DNA from: Mobula hypostoma
Taxonomy: Eukaryota
Assembly (NCBI RefSeq): GCF_963921235.1
Contig: NC_086097.1
Location: 157,110,001 to 157,174,000 of the forward strand
Reading direction: 5' to 3'
DNA length: 64,000 nt
The notes under the pieces: generated by a model
Told to the model about the DNA's origin: nothing
Databases searched by the model: none
The model's input: the letters and a program-made list of their open reading frames with translations, nothing else
Part shown: piece by piece, positions 25,895 through 37,039 of the stretch
Numbering within the stretch: the stretch's first letter is position 1
Layout of the letters: every line of letters begins with the position of its first letter
Translations under genes and position numbers: made by a program

Positions 25895-26435
25895 TAGAAT
25901 ATAGAAAATAGAATGGTAGAGCACAGGAACGGGCCCGTTGGCCAATGATGTTTATGCCAAACCTAATGCCAAATTAAACTAAATCTCTTCTGCCTGTCCA
26001 TGATCAATATTAGTCCATTCCCTGCATATTCATGTGCCTATCTAAAGAAACAGCTTAAGTAGCACCATGATATTTGTTTCCAACACTATTCCAGGTAGCC
26101 TCTTGCATGCACCTAGCATGTAAAAATCTTGCCTCACTCATTTCGTTGAAACTGTCCCCTTCTTATCTTAGATGCATGATCTCCAATATTTGACATTTTT
26201 ACCCTGGGAAAAAGATTCTATCTTATCTCTGTACGGCTTTCATAATTTTGCTAACTTCCCTCAGCCTCTAAAGCTTTAGAGAAAACAACCTGTTTTTCTG
26301 CCCTCGTCTTCGAGCTCATTCCCTCTAATCCAGGCAATATCCCGGTGAAACTCTCTGTGCCCTTTTCTAAACCTCCATGTGCTCCTTGTAATGAGGCAAA
26401 TGTATCACAATACTCCAAGTGCCTCCTGACCAAGA
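25895..26435 (-). mobile_element. CR1 3' end
   Basis: ORF 26251..26433 VRRHLEYC..LPGLEG; atagaatatagaaaatagaa tail. Confidence 0.75.
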
Positions 26436-26931
26436 GTTTTCTATTACTGCCATTATCCAGAAGAATTTCCAGTTCTGAATTAGATATTTCAGAGTTAATG
26501 GCAGATGAATGTTTAACTATAGAAATATCCCTAAGGTCTTAATCTGCTTCTACAAAAGTAGTAATGAACTAATAGCTCTGCTGGATAATTAGAAAGTAAC
26601 TCACCCTCCACCATTGATGAAGCCCAACTTGATAAACACAAAGTATCCCTCAGACAAAAAAAGAATGCAAATTCTTTAATACAGAATGAGATGAAATAAC
26701 TAGATCTCAGAGCCACCAAAACAATGATCAAGTCCAGTCTAATTTTAAATACAGATTCAGACTTGTGTGGGCAACTTAGACTTCAATAAAAAGCAAAAGG
26801 CATTTTTCACAACAAATTCAATTCAAATTTCTTAAATAGTCTTTCATAAAAGAGACATTCAATAATTGCTTTAAAATGCTATTATTCTGATGTCACTTTC
26901 CACAGAATTATAATTGGATATAGCAGTCCTT

Positions 26932-27257
26932 TGTCAGGAAATGTAGAGGAGGCTTAACCCAAAAGCACAGTAGTGGAGTCACTTTAGTGGTGAGCAATAC
27001 TTTTAATAATAAACTGCAAAATAACAAACCACAAGGGGCCACAAGACAAGAGAGAACTGATACTAAACACACCAAGGCAGCAATATACCTGAATGCCAGG
27101 AGAAACTTGTTGAAGCTGGGTTGTTCAATGAATGAACAAGAACAGTGGATGAGTGCTGGGTTTAAATAGGCTGTAGGTTATGAATTGGAAATGAGTGGGA
27201 GGTGACTGTTGTTAACTGAGTGGAGATTGGGAGGTGCCTACCTATGCAAGTTTGACA
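26932..27257 (-). repeat. 3' LTR of the chromovirus
   Basis: TGTCA...TGACA termini; shares tttaataataaactgcaaaataa, gctgggtttaaataggctg and gaggtgcct blocks with 33145-33435. Confidence 0.85.
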
Positions 27258-27289
27258 GGATTGCCCTGCTATGGTTGGCATCCGACACA

Positions 27290-30200
27290 CCAAGATGATC
27301 TGGATGGGTCAGGTAGAGCTCCTTGACTGGCGATAGATCCAAGATGAAACTGGGTGGCACTCAAGACTTCTCCTCCGGCTTATACACTTCCCAGTAGGCC
27401 AAAGATTGCACACTCCATCCACAATGACGTGAATCCATGAGCCAGCGAACAGTGTACACTGGACCACATTCCATCATCCCAGGTTCTGGAGGTGCAGACT
27501 CAGGTGGATTGAATTGTCCATTGACAATGGGCTAGAGGTAGGATGCGTGGAAAGCAGGTGATATTCTGAGGTATGGTAGCCGCTGGAGAATGGTAAGTGA
27601 CTGAAGTCAACGTGCAGGGACAGATCTCAGATGGACAATCAGACATGGGCCCCAGGCCTGAATAGTCCAGCTGGGAACCTTGGGTGGCTGGCCTGGCAGC
27701 AGTAGGTGTGGTTGGCAAACTAGGATAGCCCTCTGTACCATCTGCCAAGCATTCCAGCAGTATCAGACCAGGATCCTGGTAGATGGTACCGTCACTGTTG
27801 GCTACTCAGTAGGAAACAACGGAGGATGGTAGACATGAGACACTTAAAAGGTTGACATTACTGTGGCAGAAGAGGCGTGTTTAGCCCAGAGCAGATACTT
27901 CTTCCCTGTGAAAGGACTAGAGATGGCAAAACATCACAGGAACATCTCCTCTTTCTGACTGACCATTCATCTGCAGATAATAGCCAGAGGACAAACTTAC
28001 TGAGGTGCTGAGGAGGGAGCAGAAGGCTCACCAGAAGAGGAAGATGAATTGTGGGCCTTTGTCGGACAGAATGTCCTGGGAGAAACCATAGAAGTGAACT
28101 ACCTGTTGGAGAATCATACCTGTCATCTCATTTGCTGATAAAGTTTGGGGAGATCAGTGAAGTGGGCCACATTGGAAAATCAGTCTACCATGGTTATGAT
28201 CACCATGGTTCCATCAGAAGATGGCAAATCCATGATGAAATCCATGGCAATGTGGGACCATGGGTGTTGAAGGACCAATGGGGGCTCCAGAAGCCCATGG
28301 GGCAATTGGTTGGAGGAATTGGACTGGGTACACTGACGGCAGGCAGCAATGATCTGTGATCATGGTGAGTCACCAGATCTGGATCCAGAAAATCTGTCAT
28401 GCACCTGGATGGTTGGAGAGGACTGAGGAGTGGGACTACTGGAGTGCACCAGAGTGCACGGCTGCTGGCACGTTCATGCAGTTGTCAGGTGCGTTGCTCA
28501 CAGCAGGCTTGTGCTGTAGGACCTGGTGGATATGGTTTTCAAGGTACCAGACAATCGAAGTAAGGATCTGAGACAATGGGATGATGGATGGAGGTTTGAT
28601 CTCCATTTCAGCTGGGTTGAAATGTCTGCCTTTGTGTTCTTGGATCCTGGTCTGTAGGAGATGAAGTTGAATTCCTTGAAGACGGCTCGGCAAGCTTGAC
28701 ATGGGCTGAGTTGGTGGGTCTGTTGTATGGAAATGAGGTTCTTGTGGTCAGTCCAGATCAGGAAGGGCTTGGTGTTTCCCATCAGCCAATGTCTCCATTC
28801 CTCCAAGGCCCACTTAATGGTAAGTAGCTTCCTGTCTCATACTCCATAATGACATTGTGTAGAGTTGAAATTACATGAGAAGAAGGTGCAAGGGTGTATC
28901 TTCCTATTCAGTCCTCACTGGGAGCAGATGGCCCTCACGCCCACACCAGATGTGTCTTCAGTACATCTACTACATAAGTTCTGCAGGGGTTCGAATGGTG
29001 GAGAATAGGAGTGGTGATGAAGCATCTCTTGATCTCCTCAAAAACATGGTCTGTGGCAGCAGTCCAGGTTATCTGTGAGGTAGGTAACTCAGTAAAGGAG
29101 AACAGAGGAGCAGCAATTTGGCAGTTTTGGATGAATGGTGGTAGAAGTTGGAGAAGCCCAGGAAGCGCTATAGTTGTTTGAGGGACCACCGTTTCCTTAA
29201 GCTGCATAGGTGTGTGGCTGCGCAGTGACTGAAATGCTCCTCACACATGGCATTTGTTCTGTGCAGCAAGAACTGGATGCAGCTAGAAAATGTTTACAAA
29301 GCATGAAAGATTTTCTTTATTATACTGTATTTCACTATACTCTTCAATTAATGAAAAATATCAAAAGTAGGTGATTTTTCAATTTTCATTCTACAAAACA
29401 AAAGAAAAGTGCTGCCCAGCTTTCCGGCCAAGTAAAATTTTTCTAGTCAGAGTAATGTTTGGTCCATGCAGTTGTAAAGAAAAATTAGAGGGAACATTGG
29501 TGGTTGGAGCCAATTAACGACAGCACACACTTTCAGTCCACGGTTATGCGTTGGGGTGAAAGGATGTAACCCAGGAAGGAAATAACTGGGTTGTGGAACT
29601 GGCATTTTCTAACTTGGAGTACAGTTGGTTTTTGTGGAGACACTGAAGGGTTGAATGGACATGACTGGCAAAGTCCTAGTGGTCCTTGGAGAAGATGAGG
29701 ATGTTGTCGAGGTAGATGAACACGTACTTGTGTAGCATGTATTGGAGGGTTTCATTAATGAAAATTTGGAAAACAGTTAGACTGTTAGAAAGTCAGAATG
29801 GCATCATAGTGGCCAGTGGGTGCTTTCTAAACACGATCATCCATTCATCCTCCTAGTAGATGTGGATCAGGTTATATGTGCTCCATAGATCCAGTTTGGT
29901 GAAGATCTAGGCCACATGGAGTGTTTTAATTGTGCTATCCAACCAGGGGAGAGGGTAAAGGTTGTTAATGGTGATTTTGATGATTCTATGGTTGTCAATG
30001 CAGGGATAAACACCTCCATCTTTCTTTTTGTCAAAGAAGGATACTGCTGGGGACTGGGATAGATGAATGAAATTGTGCTGTAGCACTTTGGTGATGTAGT
30101 CATTGATAGCTTGGGTCTCAGGAGGGGAAAGAGAGAACAGACCTCGAGGAGGGTTGGTGCCTGGTAAGAGGTCAATCTCGCAGTTTTATGGTTTGTGAAG

Positions 30201-30700
30201 AAGCAGGATGCTGACTTCTATTTTACTGAAGGTGGTGGGTAAGTCGTGGTATTCCTGTGGGAGTTAGGTGAGGTTGAGAGTTTCCTCCATTTCCACTGAC
30301 TTATGGAGTGAAATCAACTGGGTTTGCAGGCAGATGGTCCAGCACATGCATCCCCAACTCAGCAAAGTGAGGGTCATGAGTGGAGAGCCAGGGTAACCAA
30401 GATGAGGAGTATTAGGTGAGTTGATCAGGAAGAATTGGATTAATTTGCAGTGCTGTCTGATGCTCAAGTGTACAGCAGTGTGCACACTATCCCAGACCCT
30501 AAGGGGTATTCATTAATGGCAGTGAAACAAAAGAGATGAGAGATAGGCTCAGTAGGAAGTCCAAGATGCATACGCACAGAGTCCAGTGCAGAAAGTTGTC
30601 TGCTTTGCCAAAGAGCACCAGAGTCTCCTTTGCCTGAAGAGCTGTTGGGGTGTGGAGGAAGACAGAAAGAGTTCGTTCGGCTATGGTGCTGGAACGAGGG
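27290..30700 (-). pseudogene. pol: Gypsy pol remnant (protease, RT, RNase H, integrase, chromodomain)
   Basis: VFIYLDNILIFS (~29690-29725); EEWRHWL..F.IWTDHKNL (28498..28806); PWSHIAMDFIMDLP..VD*FS (~28170-28265); YTVRWLMDSR..AYWEVYKPEEKS*VP..ILD (~27330-27460). Confidence 0.85.
29187..29499. mobile_element. hAT-like non-autonomous DNA transposon inside Gypsy pol
   Basis: Right end ttagagggaacattg; degenerate left end caccgtttccttaagctgc; AT-rich interior interrupts pol. Confidence 0.55.
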
Positions 30701-30883
30701 TACGGGAGAGAGCTTAGCAGATAAAAGGCCCTTTGTTTCCCAGGTGCAGTGTGCATTTGTTGTGTGGGCGATCAGCAGCTCCACAGTAAGCACCCAAGTT
30801 GTTTCTCCACCAATGCTCATGCTCTTGGGGGGCATAGATTCTGGGGGCATTGCTGATGAGGGTCCCACAGCCTGAAACGCTTC

Positions 30884-32735
30884 AAAGTTCAAAGATCAAC
30901 TTCCAAAGTAAATTAATTATCAGAGTATATTTATGTCACCATATACAATCCCAAGATTCATTCTCTTACAGACATACATAGTAAATACAAGAAACACAAA
31001 AGAATCATCCATGCTCACCCCTCCTTCCCTCCACCTTAACAGGGATAGATTTCCTCTTGTCCTCACCACCACCGGATGAGCCCACACATCAAACACATCA
31101 TTCTCTGTAGCTTCTGCCATCATCAACAGGATCCTACCACCAAACACATTTTTACTCCCCCCTCCCATCCACTTTCTACGCGGATTGCTCTCTCTGGATT
31201 CCCCTGTTCATTTATCCCTCACTTTTAATCACCCTTATGGCACATATCTCGGCAAGTGAAAGAAATGCTACACTTGCCCTTTCACCTCATCCCTCACCTC
31301 CATTCAGGGCCCTGAACAGTCCTTCCCAGTGAGACAATACTTCACTAGCAAATCTATTAGGGCTATCTATTGCATCCGATGTTCCTGGTGAGGCCTTCTC
31401 AACATTGGTGAGACCAGGCATTTACTGAGGGATCATTTTGTTGGGCACCTCTGCTCCATCTGCCAAAATCAGAATTTCCCAGTGGCTAAGCATTTTAATT
31501 TCTGTCCCCATTCCCATTCCAACATGTCGGTCCATGGGCTCCTCTTCTGACATGATGACGTCACTCTCGGAGTGGAGGAGCAACACCTCATATTCTGTCT
31601 AGGTCATGTCCAACCTGAGACATCAGCATTGATTTCTCCTTGCAGTAATTTTTTTTCCTTTCATCTCCCCCTTCGTCTATTCCTAACTCTGGACTCTTAC
31701 CTTTTCTCCTCACTTGCCTCTCATGTCCCCCCTCCTTCTACCCTTTCTCTCAAGGTCCACTCTCTTTTACCATCAGATTCCTTCTTCTCCCACCTTTTAC
31801 CCATCCCACCCACTCAGCTTCACCTACCACCATCTAGCTTGCTCTCCTTCCTCTCCCCCACCTTTTTTTATTCTGCCATCTTTCCCCTTCCATTTCAGTC
31901 CTGATGTGGACTCTCAGACCAAAACATCAACTGCTTATTAATTTTCATAGATGCTAGCTGACCTGCTGAGTTCCTCAGTCATTGTGTGTGTGTTGCTCGG
32001 AATTTCCAGCATCCGCAGAATCTCGTGTTTAGAGTCAATGAAAGACCGCATCCAAAAGGAAAGACAAAAAAAAACAATGTGCTAAAGACAATGAACTGTA
32101 AAAATGCAAAAAAGAATAAATAAATAAGCAATAAATATCAAGAATATGAGATGAAGAGTCCGTGAAAGGAAGCCTTAAGTTGTGGGAACAGATAGGGAGA
32201 ATGAAGTTATCCCCTATAGTTTAAGAGCCTGGTGGTTGAGGGTTAATAACTGTTCGTAACCTGGTAGTGTAGGTCCTGAGGCTCCTGTAACTGCTTCCTT
32301 ACGGCAGTGGTGAGAAGATGGCATGGCCTGGATGGTAGGGCTCCTTACTGGTGGATGCTGCTTTCTTGCAACTGTGCTCTGTGTAGAAGTACTCAATGGC
32401 AGGGAGGGCATTACCTGCGATGGACTGTGCTGTATCCATTACGTTTTGCTGGTATTTCCATTCAAAGGCATTAGAGATTCCATACCGAGCTGTGATGCAA
32501 CCAGTCAGTACACTTCACAGCACACATCTATAGATGCTTGTCAAAGCTTTAGGTAAGTCTAAATGATGTACTCATCTTCGCTGTCCTGATGTTCCAGGGG
32601 TGAGTGAAGAGCCAATGAAATGGCTTCGGCTGTTGGCCTGTTGTGACAGAAGGCAAACTGGAGTGAATCCAAGTTGCTTCTCAAGCAGGAGTTGATGTGT
32701 GTCGTTACCAGCTTCTCACAGCACTTCATCACAGT
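30884..32735 (-). mobile_element. Rex1/Babar LINE 3' part inserted in Gypsy gag, itself hosting a PLE
   Basis: aaagttcaaag tail at 30884; RT C-terminal remnants at 32214-32735. Confidence 0.7.
31008..32030 (+). mobile_element. PLE 3' part (RT thumb, GIY-YIG, pyrimidine-rich UTR, pLTR)
   Basis: NRDRFPLVLT; EEQHLIFCLG (31572); pLTR tcctgatgtgg..gatgctagctgacctgctgag..gcagaatctcgtgtt; flanks agaatca / agagtca. Confidence 0.88.
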
Positions 32736-33144
32736 TTAGTAATGGACCTGGGGTTTAGCTGATGGTCATTCCATAAGATACTTATCAATTCAGAGGGTCA
32801 GAGTGATGAGGCTTTCGAGGTCAGTGAGCATCTCCCAGATAGATAGCTCATCTTTCAACCGACCTGAAAAGCCATGATGGTAATGGGCCAGCAGCACTTG
32901 CACATTCCAACCTTACTGGGCAGCAATGGTCCTGAATTCCATGGTGCATTCTAGTACAGGGTGTGAGCCCTGACGCAGATGAAGTATCTGATGCACTGCC
33001 TCCCTTCCACTTCCTGGATGGTTGAGACAGAGAATTGGTTGAGTGTAGCGAGCAGCTGCTGCTTCTGGATTATATACTTATGTCGGCAGATGACTTCTTT
33101 TGTTGCAAGCAAACTCTGCTTGGTCAATCTCTGGTTTACTTTTC

Positions 33145-33435
33145 TGTCAAGAAATATATAGGAATTTTCACCCAAAAGTTGAGCAGCAGAAGTTTTTCAG
33201 TACTGAGTGATAACTTTAATAATAAACTGCAAAATAAAATGCATGAGGGGCTACAAAACAATAGAGAACAAACACTCGACACGTGGTACTTACAATTGGC
33301 TGAGGCTGGCTGGTTCAATCAGTGAACAAGGACTGAGCTGGGTTTAAATAGGCTGCAAGTGATGAGTTGGAAACAAGTGGCAGGTGACTCGTGTTAGCGG
33401 GATGGCGACTACGAGGTGCCTGCCTTATTTAAACA
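33145..33435 (-). repeat. 5' LTR of the chromovirus
   Basis: Begins TGTCA on the + strand; visibly homologous to but strongly diverged from 26932-27257. Confidence 0.8.
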
Positions 33436-33857
33436 TTCCAATAGATTTTCTTTCTATTTTAAGACTTTGGAAAAAAAAATATACATGAGAAGAATATGAA
33501 CATCAAACATTATTACAGCTATTTATCTTAGGGGAAAAAAACAGACACTTTACACACAAAATGTACTATTGACCTCATTTCTGCATTTACTTTTTGCAAT
33601 GATCATCTTTATAATCAAGAAAGTATAAAAATAACACTGAATATATATCAACTGCATTCAGGTAAATAAGTCGAGTTCAGTCAATGAGCCTAAAGTCTTA
33701 GTTTTGGACAGCATTCATATTATTACTCCAAAGTGCAAACCAAGTAAAAGATTAGTGGATCTCTAAAAAAACTACACTTGGAAAACTGGCAAATAATTTA
33801 TTGTGGTAGTTCAATAAAAATATTTAATGACTTGAAGAGCTGTACAAAGAAGTTAAT

Positions 33858-34252
33858 CCAAGTCACGCTGCCTTCTCAGTAGCACCATAGGTCAAGTGGT
33901 ACAAAAGCCTTAGGTCCCACACAAATAGGTTCAAGAACAGTTATTACCCTTTAACCATCAAGGTTTTGAACCAGCGTGGATAATTTCATTCAGCTCAATG
34001 CATAGCCAACTCCATAACCCATAGACTCACTTTCAAGAACTCCACAACTCAATGTTTTTTTTATTATTTGTACAATTTTTCATCTTTTGCACATGAGCTT
34101 CGGTTAGTCTTTGTTATTTACAGTTTTTCATAAATTCTATTGTATTTTGTTATTTCCGTTTAAATACTTGCAAGAAAATGAATCCCAAGATAGTATATAG
34201 TGACATACGGTATACATACTTTGATAATTTACTTTGGAATTTGAACTTTGAA
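33858..34252 (+). mobile_element. Rex1/Babar LINE 3' end
   Basis: aggttcaagaacagttattacc (RF.NSYYP) followed by the tactttgataa..tttgaactttgaa tail. Confidence 0.75.
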
Positions 34253-34342
34253 GTTATTTGTTTCTATTGCTTATTTTCATTTACCTATATTGACTATGTT
34301 GGGGGACGGTAAACTGATATTTTTAATTTAATTTTTTTTATC

Positions 34343-34608
34343 TAGACATAAAGCACAGATTAGGCCCTTCCGACACTTCGAGCCCTGCGACCTGCAACCC
34401 CCAATTTAACCCTTGCCTAATAAAGATAATTAATTTTCCAATGACCAATTAACTAGTATATCTGAAGTCTTGGGAAGGAATTCAGAGCATCCAGAGGAAA
34501 TACATGCATTTCACGGAGAAGACATACGAACTCCTTACAGAGGACGCCAGGATTGAACCCTGAGCTGTAATAGTGTCATGCTAACAGCTACGCTACTCTG
34601 GCACCCCC
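34343..34608 (-). mobile_element. Full-length V-SINE (HE1-like) with CR1-type tail
   Basis: Minus-strand head ggggtgccagagtagcgtagctgttagc..gggttcaatcc (A/B boxes), V core, tail ggaagggcctaatctgtgct. Confidence 0.8.
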
Positions 34609-34669
34609 AAAATGTCAGTGATAAAAAGAGGACAAGAAAGCCATTATTGTTTAACAAAAGCTCTATGAA

Positions 34670-36140
34670 CAAGCTGATAAATTATAGATCAGTGATGCTG
34701 AAGTCAGTTGTGGGTAAGTTATAAGAAGGTTTTCTAAGGGAATGGATACATAAGTACTTGGATACACAGGGACAGATTAGGGATAGTTAACGTAGGTTTG
34801 TGCATGGTAGGTTGTTTCTAACCAATCTTATAGAGTTTCTCAAGGAAGTTACCAGGAAAGTTGATGAAAGAAAGGCAGTGGATGTTGGCTACATAGACTA
34901 TAGCAAGGGTTTTGACAAGGTCCCGTATGGGAGGTTAGTCAAGAAAGTTAAGTTGCTTGGCATTCAGGATGAGTTAATAAATTGAAGTAGACATTGGCTT
35001 TGCAAGAGAAACCAGAGAGTGATAGTAGATGGTTGCTTCTCTGACTGGATGCCTGTGACTAGTAGCATGCCACAGGGATTAGTGCTGGGTCCATTGTTAT
35101 TTATATCTACCTGAAGAAATGGGTTGAACAGTAGCCGAAGGAATTTAATGCACATAAGTGTGGGGTGTCTCAATTTGGGAGAATTTATGCATTGAGTGGA
35201 AAGGTACATCAGCGTGTGGTAGAACAGTGTAATTTGGGAATACATATCCATAACTCCTTGAAAGTGGCATCACAGGTAGATAGTCTTAAAGAAAGCTTTT
35301 GTCACATTGGCCTTCATAACTCAGAATTTAAGATGTTATGTTGAAACTGTAAAATATGTTGGTGTGGACTAATTTGGAGTATTGTGTGTAGTTTTGGTCA
35401 CCTTCTACAAGACAGTTATCAATAAGATTGAATGAGTGCAGAGAAAATTTGCAATCATGTTGCCAGAACTGGAGGATCTGAGTTATAGCAAAAGCTTGAA
35501 CAGGTTAGAACTTTATTTCCAGATTCATAGGAGAATAAGTGGAGATTTGACAAAGCTATACAAAATTAAAAGGGCTATAGAGAAGGTAAATGCAAGCAGG
35601 CTTTTCCATTGAGTTTGGGCGAGCCTAGAACTAGAGGTCATGATTTAAGGGAGGAAGGTGAAATATTTGAAGGGTACGTGAGGGGGTTGCCAGCTGGTGG
35701 CGTAGTGGCATCAGTGCCGGACTTTGGAGCAAAGGCTCCCAAGTTCGAATCCAGCCGGGTCCCTTGCACACTTTCCATCCGTGCTGGGTTGAGTGTCGAG
35801 CTAGCAACTCGGCCTAGTAAAAATAAGAAAGCCTGCTAAAAACAAACACCATCATGATGGCGTCCCGATGACTCCACTCGGAGTTAAGGGCTTTCTTCTT
35901 CTTCCCTTCTACAAAAGGGGGTCTTCTTCACTCAGAGGATAGTGAGAGCACAGAACAAGTTGCTAGCAGAAGTAGATGCAAGTTTGCTAACAACTTTTAT
36001 GAAAAATTTGGATAGGTATATATATGGCTATAGTCTGGATGAAGGTTAATGAGACTATGCAGTAAGATGGTTCAGCACAAGATAGATGAGGCACATGGCC
36101 TATTTCTGTGCAGCAATGTCCTATGATACTATGATTCTAT
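34670..36140 (+). mobile_element. CR1 RT to 3' end
   Basis: ORF 34800..34985 LTNLIEFL..VDV.YID.SK.FDKVP; tail ctatgatactatgattctat. Confidence 0.85.
35688..35915 (+). mobile_element. tRNA-derived SINE with (TTC)n tail, inserted in CR1
   Basis: A box TGGCGTAGTGG at 35698-35708, B box AGTTCGAATCC at 35742-35752; TSD AGGGGGT at 35681-35687 and 35916-35922. Confidence 0.85.
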
Positions 36141-37039
36141 AAAATGGAAAGGTTCGTGAGTGTACAGTTAGAGATTGGGTGCAATTTGAGCAGACATGTA
36201 GATTCTTGGAGAAATAATAAACATTTCACAGAAAATATCAACTACATTGCTAAAACCAATTTAGTAGATACAAGTCATATAACTGGTTGAGCATAAAATC
36301 AAAGTGATAAGATACTTGCCATTTAAAAGAAAATGAGGACATCCAAAAATATCATTCAGCTACTGAATTATTTCAGAAGTGGATTAAAGTTAAAAGGAAA
36401 TGTGAGAAAAACAATTCGCATTCACAATGATGTCCCATGCACAATCATTAATCCTTTCTCAGTGCAGTTGACTAAAGGATGAAAATTGGTTAAGTCTGAG
36501 AACCATCCGTCTTCTTTGCAAGAAGTTCTGTGCAAGATTGTACTCTTCAATGGGCAGGCAGGGAAAGTCTATTTCCAGTGACATTTATGGCATGGGTCAC
36601 CCTTCAATATAGCCTTAATTGTGCAATAAAGAACTGCTGAGTTAGTAAATTTCAAACATGCACTTCATGCTTGTCCTAGCATAATTATAACTTAGGGAAA
36701 ATATTATATTTCATTGCCTGTGTTACTTTTACTCGTAATACTTATTACTTTCACTCTTAAAGTATAATTCATACAGTGAGGGAACCCACAGCGCACGAAG
36801 ACTAAACAAACCATTTACTCCACAGAAATGGTTCTTTTTGATTATCGTGGTAGGATGACTTTCTTCATCCATGTCTTCTTGTGATCTATTGTCACGGATG
36901 GACTCAGGCAGATACTAAATTAAACATACTCATTTAAATCAAATTCTAGCTAGCTCTCCACTTCCTCTATCCTATCATTCTTTTAGACAATGTACTGTCA
37001 GAGGTTTGTCTACTCTTGTTCCTGATAGTAAAACACTTA

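Larger units (their letters stand above)
26932..33435 (-). mobile_element. Old Gypsy/Ty3 chromovirus (Sushi-like) LTR retrotransposon with nested insertions
   Basis: Two homologous LTRs; internal order gag-PR-RT-RNaseH-IN-chromodomain on the minus strand. Confidence 0.88.

Noticed and set aside
26920..33445. TSD, primer-binding site and polypurine tract of the chromovirus
   Set aside because: Flanks (tcctt / ttcca) do not match and no convincing PBS or PPT is visible
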